A stretch of 10,829 nt of DNA from Candidatus Wukongarchaeum yapensis (GTDB lineage: Archaea; Asgardarchaeota; Wukongarchaeia; Wukongarchaeales; Wukongarchaeaceae): positions 1-10,829 of the forward strand of contig JAEOSI010000058.1 in NCBI GenBank assembly GCA_016840425.1, written 5' to 3'. Under the pieces are notes generated by a model. That model was not told where the DNA came from. It saw only the letters and a program-made list of their open reading frames with translations, and did no database searches. The number at the start of each line of letters is the position of its first letter. Position 1 is the stretch's first letter. Shown one piece after another: positions 1-6,809 of this stretch. The translations under genes were made by a program, and so were the position numbers.

Positions 1-981
1 TGCGCTTCAACCCATGCAGTTGATTCAGCAAAGGTAAAAATTGCCCGTGAAAGCGGTAAAAGAATAGTCGGGATGATAAAAGAAGGGTTAATTCCGAGCC
101 AGATCATGAGCAAGGAAGCTTTCGAAAACGCGATAATGGTAGATATGGCGATAGGAGGTAGCACAAATACCGTGCTTCACCTGCCAGCAATAGCTTTAGA
201 ACTTGATATAAAGCTTCCACTTGAGCTTTTCGACGAGATTAGCAGAAAAACCCCGCATATCTGTGACTTACGGCCAGGAGGCCCCTACATGATGCTTGAC
301 TTTCATAAAGCGGGAGGCATGCCAGCGATCCTTAAAAGACTTGAAAAAATGCTACACCTAGACGTTCTTTCTTGCACCGGCAAAACTCTCAAAGAACTTG
401 TAAAAAATTATGAAGTAGAAGATGAAGATATTATAAGGCCTGTTGAAAACCCCGTTCATAAAGAAGGAGGAATAGCAGTCCTAAAGGGAAATCTAGCCCC
501 TGAAGGCGCAGTAGTGAAACAGATAGCGATAGCGCCTGAAATAATGGAACATGAAGGACCGGCAAAAGTTTATAATTCCGAAGAAGAAGCGGTAAAAGCC
601 ATAAAAAATAACGAAATAGAGAGAGGGGATGTGGCCGTTATAAGATACGAGGGACCTAAAGGAGGACCGGGTATGAGAGAAATGCTTGCCCCCACTGCCC
701 TAATAACTGGCATGGGGTTAAGCGACAGTGTAGCGCTCATAACGGATGGAAGATTCAGCGGAGGAACAAGGGGGCCATGTATAGGTCATATTATGCCAGA
801 AGCCGCCGAAAAAGGCCCCATAGCCGCTATAGAAAACGGAGACATCATAAAAATAGACATACCTAAAAGAAAACTGGAAATCAAACTAGCAGAAACCGAG
901 ATAAAAGAACGGTTAACAAAAATAAAAACCCCACAAAGAAAATTAAGGAAAAACTCATACCTAAAAAAAATAACAGCATAA
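1..981 (+). CDS. ilvD: Dihydroxy-acid dehydratase, 5'-truncated by the window edge
   Basis: Frame is open from base 1 ([25 protein letters not shown]...), so ATG 73 is internal. IlvD motifs present: [41 protein letters not shown] with the catalytic Ser, GHIMPEA. Stop TAA 979-981. Confidence 0.97.
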   Translation, partial: CASTHAVDSAKVKIARESGKRIVGMIKEGLIPSQIMSKEAFENAIMVDMAIGGSTNTVLHLPAIALELDIKLPLELFDEISRKTPHICDLRPGGPYMMLDFHKAGGMPAILKRLEKMLHLDVLSCTGKTLKELVKNYEVEDEDIIRPVENPVHKEGGIAVLKGNLAPEGAVVKQIAIAPEIMEHEGPAKVYNSEEEAVKAIKNNEIERGDVAVIRYEGPKGGPGMREMLAPTALITGMGLSDSVALITDGRFSGGTRGPCIGHIMPEAAEKGPIAAIENGDIIKIDIPKRKLEIKLAETEIKERLTKIKTPQRKLRKNSYLKKITA

Positions 982-1081
982 ACAAAAAGTAGGAAAAACT
1001 TTTTAAAAAAGATTATAAGAGAGGAAAGAAGCAGGAAAAAAACCTAAGACATTGAACATAGATATTTTTGAAAAAAAACAC

Positions 1082-1089
1082 TTTAAATA
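1082..1089 (+). promoter_or_regulatory. Archaeal TATA box (TTTAAATA) with A-rich BRE-like upstream tract, for the DPS-like gene
   Basis: aaaaaaacacTTTAAATA lies about 70 nt upstream of ATG 1157. SD-like GGAGATGA at 1145-1152. Confidence 0.55.
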
Positions 1090-1156
1090 ATTTGAAAACA
1101 CTTTTCCATGAAAACTTAAGTCATCAAAAAATTGTTAGAAGATAGGAGATGATTGG

Positions 1157-1654
1157 ATGGGAACAAAAGGTAGAGAAATTGTAGGAATGGATGTTGAAAA
1201 GCTTATTGAGGCGCTTAACAAAGCATTAGCGGATGAATGGCTTGCATACTACCAGTATTGGTTGGGTGCAAAGATAGTCGAAGGTCCTATGAGAGGAGCA
1301 GTAGCTGCCGAACTTGAAGAACATGCAAATGATGAACTTAGGCATGCAGGAATGCTTGTAGATAGGATAATACAGCTAGGTGGTACGCCTATACTTAAAC
1401 CAGAAGACTGGTATAACATGACCAACTGCGGGTACGAGGCTCCCGAAGACCCGTACGTAAGACCTGTATTAGAACAAAATATAAAAGGCGAGCAATGTGC
1501 AATCGAAGTTTATAAAAAGATCCTTGAAATGAGTCATGCAGATCCGATTACCCACCATATGATAGTAGAAATACTTGAAGACGAAGTGGAGCATGAAGAA
1601 GACCTAGAAACCCTCTTAAGAGATATGGAATTAATGAAAAAGAGAGAGCTATAA
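1157..1654 (+). CDS. DPS-like (DPSL) ferritin-family protein, thioferritin type
   Basis: Four-helix ferritin fold with bacterioferritin-like diiron ligands E27, E60xxH63, E112, E143xxH146 (ADEWLAYYQY, DELRHA, GEQCAI, DEVEH). Cys pair C91 (NCGY) and C114 (EQCA) is typical of DPSL proteins. Good SD. Confidence 0.9.
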   Translation: MGTKGREIVGMDVEKLIEALNKALADEWLAYYQYWLGAKIVEGPMRGAVAAELEEHANDELRHAGMLVDRIIQLGGTPILKPEDWYNMTNCGYEAPEDPYVRPVLEQNIKGEQCAIEVYKKILEMSHADPITHHMIVEILEDEVEHEEDLETLLRDMELMKKREL

Positions 1655-1833
1655 AAATAGATTAAAAGTGAACAAGAAAGAAACTAGCATATCTTGAGAG
1701 AGTAAACGCTGCTATCATTATGGATTCAGCTTTCCTAGAAGGTTGGGGTAGAAACAAATCCCACGGTAACTAGAACATGAAAACACCTTAAAAAAGCTGC
1801 CTTAAATAAAAAAATCCTCTTATAATTTTTAGC

Positions 1834-1866
1834 GGGTTTACACCCTTTCCCTTTTTTAATTTTTAA
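1834..1866 (+). terminator. Short hairpin plus oligo-T tract, likely terminator of the DPSL transcript
   Basis: GGGT-TTAC-ACCC (1834-1845) followed by TTTCCCTTTTTTAATTTTT. It lies between convergent genes, and the - strand also has T-runs (plus-strand A-runs at about 1804-1814 and 1870-1877). Confidence 0.55.
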
Positions 1867-1929
1867 AGTAAAAAAAAGAATTGTTTTGGGATTTTATTTT
1901 TGATTTTTTGTTATTTTTTCTTACTTTTT

Positions 1930-2307
1930 TTATTGTACTTTTATCTCTTTTGGAGCGCTTTCCCAGATACCGTGAAGATTGCAGTACTCACGTGCTTTTA
2001 ACGTGGTCGTTTTTTCCAAGGTTAGTTTTACAGTGGTTTCATATTTATCGCTTACAACAGGGGCAAATTCCACCCGCGTAATCGGGATATCTCCTGCGAA
2101 AAGCTGTACAAAGTTTATCCAGTGGCCTTGCATATTTGGGTGTTCGACACCATCGATTCCGCCCACTTTTATTTTAACTTCGAAAGTCTCCCCTGCTTTT
2201 ACACTATCTGGTGCGGTTATTAACGGCAAATGTTTTCTGGCCATATCAGTTAAAGGTTCTGGCGCCTTATTAATCTCGGTCAAAGAAAAATCCTTTTTTT
2301 CAGACAT
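1930..2307 (-). CDS. sor: 1Fe superoxide reductase (neelaredoxin / class II SOR-like), 125 aa
   Basis: Iron ligands KH26LP, H56PNMQGH62, C109NLH112 match the SOR His4Cys site. Start placed at ATG 2307 (MSEKKDF...) because GGAGG at 2322-2318 precedes it; the ORF-track start at 2349 has no SD. Confidence 0.92.
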   Translation of the reverse strand: MSEKKDFSLTEINKAPEPLTDMARKHLPLITAPDSVKAGETFEVKIKVGGIDGVEHPNMQGHWINFVQLFAGDIPITRVEFAPVVSDKYETTVKLTLEKTTTLKAREYCNLHGIWESAPKEIKVQ

Positions 2308-2403
2308 TCTATTAATTCCTCCGTCCATAGTTTTTATGGCAATAAACATCAGTAATATTTTAACCTTACTAAAAGACGATATTTAGGAAAAAACCCTGCT
2401 ATT

Positions 2404-2460
2404 TGAAGAGAAGAGAAAAAGATAGAATGAGAAAAAAAATGCTAAATTTTAGAAAAATTT
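2404..2460 (-). terminator. Pyrimidine/oligo-T tract downstream of the aminotransferase gene
   Basis: The - strand reads ...TTTAGCATTTTTTTTCTCATTCTATCTTTTTCTCTTCTCTTC, starting about 25 nt after the stop at 2485. Resembles archaeal oligo-U terminators. Confidence 0.45.
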
Positions 2461-2484
2461 GTTTTGTTTTCACAGCTTTAATTT

Positions 2485-3636
2485 TTAACCTTTGAGGAGT
2501 GTTTTTTCTGCGGCTATTGTTCCGCTTCCAAGTTCTAGGTCGTAGCCGAGTTCTTTCAATATGATTTCTGAAGTTGCCAAGATTGTTAGTACTTCTCTTT
2601 GGGTGCATAGGTTCATTGATGCTATTCTGAATATTTTTCCTTTTACTTTTTCTTGACCGCCTGCCACGAGGATCCCTTTTTCTTCCATTTTTGAGCGGAA
2701 TTCTTTGTCTTCGATATTTTCAGGGTATTTTACGGCTGTTATTGTGTTTGAGGTGTATTCTTCTTCTGCTAAAAGTTGGAGCCCCATGGCTTTATATCCC
2801 TCTCTTACGGCCTTTGTCATGAGCCTGTGACGTTTCACTCGATTCTCAAGCCCTTCTTCAAGAATCAACCTTAAGGACTCGTGTAATCCTTGTACTAAGG
2901 TTACTGCAGGGGTAAAAGGAGTATCTCCACCCTTCTCGTAAGACTTCTTATACTTTTTGAGATTTGCGTAGTAATCATAGATAGTTTCCCGTTTATTGAT
3001 CACTTCCCAAGCGGTTGGAGCTACCATTATAGTGCTCAAGCCCGGCGGTATGCCCAAACATTTCTGTGACCCTGCTACGAGGACATCTATGTTCCACTCA
3101 TCAGCGTAAACATAGTCACCCCCAACAGCAGTTACGCCGTCCACTATAAGGATTTTACCTTGCTTTCTGGTTATTTTCCCTATATCCCAGACGGGGTTTA
3201 GTATCGCTGTCGAAGTTTCGTTTAAAGTCATTGTCACAAACTTAATGTTAGGATTTTCTTCAAGAGCCTTTTCCACATCAGGAGACTTTATAGCTTTACC
3301 GTCTTCAACTTCATAGACTATCGATTTTCCGCCAAAAGTTTCAGTTATTTCCACAAAACGACTACTAAACTTTCCGTTAACCAAGTTTAAAACTTCATCA
3401 CCCGGAGCTACAAGATTTGATATTGAAGCCTGCATCGCTAATGTTCCGGTTCCAGCCAAAACAAAAACATCGTTTTTTGTACACATAACCTCTTTCAACA
3501 TTTCGTGAACCTGCTTATTAAGCTCCCTAAATTGCGGGGTTCTATGACCTATAACAGGCCTTATCATCGCCCTATAAACCGAAGGAGCAATAGGTACAGG
3601 CCCAGGTATCGCCAATAATAAATCCTCTTTTCTCAT
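2485..3636 (-). CDS. Class V PLP-dependent aminotransferase (alanine-glyoxylate / serine-pyruvate / archaeal phosphoserine aminotransferase family)
   Basis: N-terminal IPGPVP, GTGTLAMQA, NETST, VDGVTAVGG, PLP-lysine motif GSQKCLGIPPG, C-terminal FRIASM. SD-like GGTGG 8 nt upstream of the start. Substrate cannot be assigned from sequence. Confidence 0.9.
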   Translation of the reverse strand: MRKEDLLLAIPGPVPIAPSVYRAMIRPVIGHRTPQFRELNKQVHEMLKEVMCTKNDVFVLAGTGTLAMQASISNLVAPGDEVLNLVNGKFSSRFVEITETFGGKSIVYEVEDGKAIKSPDVEKALEENPNIKFVTMTLNETSTAILNPVWDIGKITRKQGKILIVDGVTAVGGDYVYADEWNIDVLVAGSQKCLGIPPGLSTIMVAPTAWEVINKRETIYDYYANLKKYKKSYEKGGDTPFTPAVTLVQGLHESLRLILEEGLENRVKRHRLMTKAVREGYKAMGLQLLAEEEYTSNTITAVKYPENIEDKEFRSKMEEKGILVAGGQEKVKGKIFRIASMNLCTQREVLTILATSEIILKELGYDLELGSGTIAAEKTLLKG

Positions 3637-3669
3637 AAAAATTCCACCGTTTAATCCACAATTAAAACA

Positions 3670-3677
3670 TTATAAAA
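3670..3677 (-). promoter_or_regulatory. TATA box (TTTTATAA) for the aminotransferase gene
   Basis: TTTTATAA on the - strand, 34 nt upstream of ATG 3636. Confidence 0.5.
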
Positions 3678-3769
3678 CTATGATATTGGAAGGTTCATGA
3701 TTAGGCTTGATATACTAATCTGCGCAAATTAAAAACTTGACGTATAACAAAGAATAAAATAGGTGTTTT

Positions 3770-4330
3770 TTAGACGCCGAAATCGCTTTTTTTGAAAAGA
3801 GCGTAAAATTCTATTCCAAGGGATTTTAATCGTTCTTCTGCTCCCTTTTCTCTATCAATTATTGTTATTACTTTTTTCACAGTACAACCCATTTCTTCTA
3901 CTGTACCTATTGCTTCCATTATAGAAGTACCACTTGTAGTGACATCTTCTAACAATATGACCTTTGAACCCTTTTCGACCCATCCCTCAACTCTTTTTCT
4001 TGTCCCATGATCTTTTAGCTTTTTACGCACAAAAAACCCACTAATCGGCCTTCCTTCTTTAAAACTTTTCAAAACTACCGCAGCAATGAGAGGTATGGCG
4101 CCTACTTCCATCCCGCCTAAAAAATCAAAATCTTCATCCTTTAAACGGTCTAAAATTGCAGTTGCTATTAGATCGATCGTTTCGGGGTCAAAAACTGCTT
4201 TTTTAATATCAAAATAATAGGTGCTCTCCTCCCCAGAAGCAAGAGTAAACTTCCCAAAAATTAATGCATTCTTTTTTATAAGGTCAAATAACCGCTTCAA
4301 AACCACTTTTTCGGAATCAACAGACAACAC
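3770..4330 (-). CDS. pyrE: Orotate phosphoribosyltransferase
   Basis: FTLASG, YYFDIKK, VRKKLKDHG flexible loop, PRPP-binding LLEDVTTSGTS, IIDREKGA. GTG start with SD GAGGTG about 5 nt upstream. Confidence 0.95.
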   Translation of the reverse strand: MLSVDSEKVVLKRLFDLIKKNALIFGKFTLASGEESTYYFDIKKAVFDPETIDLIATAILDRLKDEDFDFLGGMEVGAIPLIAAVVLKSFKEGRPISGFFVRKKLKDHGTRKRVEGWVEKGSKVILLEDVTTSGTSIMEAIGTVEEMGCTVKKVITIIDREKGAEERLKSLGIEFYALFKKSDFGV

Positions 4331-4362
4331 AGATACACCTCAAAAAATTATTAGCAAACGAT

Positions 4363-4374
4363 CTATTTAAATAG
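4363..4374. promoter_or_regulatory. Palindromic TATA element CTATTTAAATAG between divergent pyrE and the membrane-protein gene
   Basis: Perfect 12-bp palindrome giving TTTAAATA on both strands. It sits 33 nt from GTG 4330 and 46 nt from ATG 4420. Confidence 0.6.
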
Positions 4375-4419
4375 TTAAAACCCTTTTATGTAAGAAAATC
4401 ACTTTTATGGTGAAAGATA

Positions 4420-4881
4420 ATGGCCCCTATAAAACCTTCGAGTATATTTCCAGAAAAAAAAGGTTTCAACCTATCCATAGTAATTGGAGGGCTTTTAGCT
4501 CTGGTTTGCATGGTAACACCTTGGTACAAGGATGTGAAGGGTACCAACATTTCCTATAACGGTTTTGACATGGCAGACATTAACTTTTTCGCTTACTTTA
4601 TTGCCATTATAGGGCTTTTAGCCATCGTAATAGGGCTTGTGGAGAGCCATATTAGGATCAACGATGATTTAATGCAAACGATCTACTTTATTGGAGGCCT
4701 GCTGGTACTTATCGGCACATTAGTCCCCTTAGCAGATGAAGGTATAGGCGACATATTTATCGGGTGGATTTTCGGCATTTTAGCAGGAATTTTCATAATC
4801 CTAAACTTTAAAATAAACGAATCAATACTTGAAAGACTGCCGAAAGAAAAGAAGAAAGAAAAGAAAAAGAAAGAAGAATAA
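4420..4881 (+). CDS. Hypothetical integral membrane protein, 4 predicted TM helices, Lys/Glu-rich C-terminal tail
   Basis: Four hydrophobic stretches (IVIGGLLALVCMVTPW, FFAYFIAIIGLLAIVIGLV, IYFIGGLLVLIGTLVPL, IFIGWIFGILAGIFIILNF). SD GGTGA at 4409-4413. Not antisense to any other gene. Confidence 0.85.
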   Translation: MAPIKPSSIFPEKKGFNLSIVIGGLLALVCMVTPWYKDVKGTNISYNGFDMADINFFAYFIAIIGLLAIVIGLVESHIRINDDLMQTIYFIGGLLVLIGTLVPLADEGIGDIFIGWIFGILAGIFIILNFKINESILERLPKEKKKEKKKKEE

Positions 4882-5065
4882 AAAGAAAAAAAGGATATTT
4901 CACCGAACTAAGCATTAAATTAAAAATATCTCAACAATATTATAGTTTTAAAACCCTCATATTTTTTCTTCTTTTAAAAAAAGTAAAGGGTTATATTCCA
5001 AATTAAAAAATACCTAAAGAGACTTTTGTTTACCATTTTTTATGTGGATGCTATTAACTACTTTC

Positions 5066-6067
5066 TCAAGGCTCCATGCCGATAAGCTTGCGTATTCTTG
5101 AACCTACTTGCTCGATTAAATGCTCTCTTTCTTCCTTGCGCAAACGATTCAAGTTCTCACCCTGTTTATCTCTATACTCAGAAACCCATTCCTCGGGGAA
5201 TCTACCAGATTGGATGTCGTTTAGAAGTTTTTTCATTTCAGTTCGGGTGGCTTCTGTGATTATTCTTTTCCCCCTGGTTCTTCCACCGTATTCTGCCGTG
5301 TTAGATACGGCTTGCCACATTCCTTCGATGCCTTTCTCGTATATTAGATCCACTATGAGTTTTAACTCATTTAAACACTCAAAATAAGCGACTTCTGGCT
5401 GATATCCCGCTTCTACTAGAGTTTCGAAGCCTGTTTTGATTAGTTCGGTTACACCGCCGCATAAAACCACTTGTTCTCCAAAAAGGTCTGTTTCTACTTC
5501 TTCTTTGAATGTTGTTTCTAGGACGCCTCGCCTTGTAGACCCTATTGCTTTTGAATAGGCTAAAGCTATGTTTTTAGCGTTTCCTGTAGTGTCTTGGGCT
5601 ACTGCTATTAGGGCGGGTATACCTCTGCCTTCTTCATATTCGCTACGGACGGCCCTTCCAGGTCCTTTTGGGGCGATCATTATAATGTCGACGGTTTTTG
5701 GGGGTATTATTTGTTTGAAATGGATGTTGAAAGCGTGGCTGAATCCTAAAGCCGCGCCGTCTTTTAGATTTTTATGTATTTCTGATTCATAGACTGAGGG
5801 TTGTACTTCGTCGGGGATGAGTATTTGGACTATGTTTGCTTTTTTTACAGCTTCGCTTATGGGGTAAACGTTGAAACCTTCTTTTTTTGCTTGGTTCCAG
5901 CTTTTACCTCCTTCTCTTGCGCCTATGATTACTTGGAGGCCTGAATCGCGCATGTTTAAGGCTTGAGCTCTTCCTTGGTTACCGTAACCTATTACTACTA
6001 TCGTTTTTCCGCTAAGAATTTTTAAATCAACGTCTTCATCACGCCAAATTTTCTTTTCTCCAGACAT
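5066..6067 (-). CDS. ilvC: Ketol-acid reductoisomerase (short, class I)
   Basis: VIGYGNQG Rossmann motif, ILIPDE, HAFNIH, IAPKGPG, ETDLFGEQVVLCGG, AYFECLNELKLIVDLI, SNTAEYG. Confidence 0.98.
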   Translation of the reverse strand: MSGEKKIWRDEDVDLKILSGKTIVVIGYGNQGRAQALNMRDSGLQVIIGAREGGKSWNQAKKEGFNVYPISEAVKKANIVQILIPDEVQPSVYESEIHKNLKDGAALGFSHAFNIHFKQIIPPKTVDIIMIAPKGPGRAVRSEYEEGRGIPALIAVAQDTTGNAKNIALAYSKAIGSTRRGVLETTFKEEVETDLFGEQVVLCGGVTELIKTGFETLVEAGYQPEVAYFECLNELKLIVDLIYEKGIEGMWQAVSNTAEYGGRTRGKRIITEATRTEMKKLLNDIQSGRFPEEWVSEYRDKQGENLNRLRKEEREHLIEQVGSRIRKLIGMEP

Positions 6068-6242
6068 AAAGAATCACGCTCACAAAAATAAAATTCCTAA
6101 AAGATAACATAAAAGTAAAAAATACTTTGAAGGTAAATTCTTTGATTTTTCCCTTTTTTATCCTGGTTTTTTCTGTTTATTTGGTTTTTATTTATTTTAA
6201 AAAGGTTTATTTTATGTTTTTTGTGTTCTTTGCTTTTTCGTT

Positions 6243-6809
6243 TTAAACGTAGTCTAGGTAGGGTGTTTCTGGTATTTTTGGCCTTGCTTCAGAGCCTCTT
6301 ACAAGGGCAGTTATACCTGTCCTTGCTACCTCTATGACTCCAAAGGAGTTCATAAGTTTTAAAAACGCGTCTATCTTCTCGCTATCTCCTGTAATCTCGC
6401 AAATCAAGGAAGTAGGGCTTATATCTATTATGTTGCCTCGAAAAATGTTTATGTACTGGATGATCTCGTTTCTCGCGTTAACATCTGGAGATTTCACTTT
6501 TATAAGGGCAAGCTCTCGCACAACGGAGGTTTGAGGTTTTAGCTCTGAAACTTTTAACACTTCAACCTGCTTTCTTAACTGTTTTATCGCCTGTTCTAAC
6601 GTCCTAGAATCGCCTTGAACAACAAAAGTCATTCGGGTATAATTTTCTATTTGGGTGCGAGCGACACTTATCTGGGTTATGTTAAAGTTTCTTCTCCTGA
6701 TTAATCCAGTAACTCTGGCCATGACTCCCGGCCTATCCTCAACTATAAAAGCGATAATGTGTTTTCTTACCTGGTTTTCGTTTCCATCTTTTCTGCTATT
6801 AGAGGTCAT
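6243..6809 (-). CDS. ilvN: Acetohydroxyacid synthase regulatory (small) subunit
   Basis: ACT domain (VEDRPGVMARVTGLIRRRNFNI), IKQLRKQVEVLKV, RELALIKV, EITGDSEKIDAFL, EVARTGITAL. Start overlaps the ilvB stop (ATGA, 6806-6809), with SD AAGGAGGT 7 nt upstream. Confidence 0.96.
   Translation of the reverse strand: MTSNSRKDGNENQVRKHIIAFIVEDRPGVMARVTGLIRRRNFNITQISVARTQIENYTRMTFVVQGDSRTLEQAIKQLRKQVEVLKVSELKPQTSVVRELALIKVKSPDVNARNEIIQYINIFRGNIIDISPTSLICEITGDSEKIDAFLKLMNSFGVIEVARTGITALVRGSEARPKIPETPYLDYV

Noticed and set aside
2308-2349. Longer SOR start at ATG 2349
   Set aside because: The extension contains the SD (GGAGG) for ATG 2307 and has no SD of its own.
1881-2608. ORF-track entries 1881..2081 (+), 1979..2386 (+) and 2399..2608 (-)
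   Set aside because: Antisense or out-of-frame shadows of SOR and the aminotransferase, with low-complexity F/L/S-rich translations and no SD.
6690-6750. EDRPG instead of (E)NxPG in the IlvN valine-binding loop
   Set aside because: The key Gly is retained and Asp variants are common; feedback resistance cannot be inferred.
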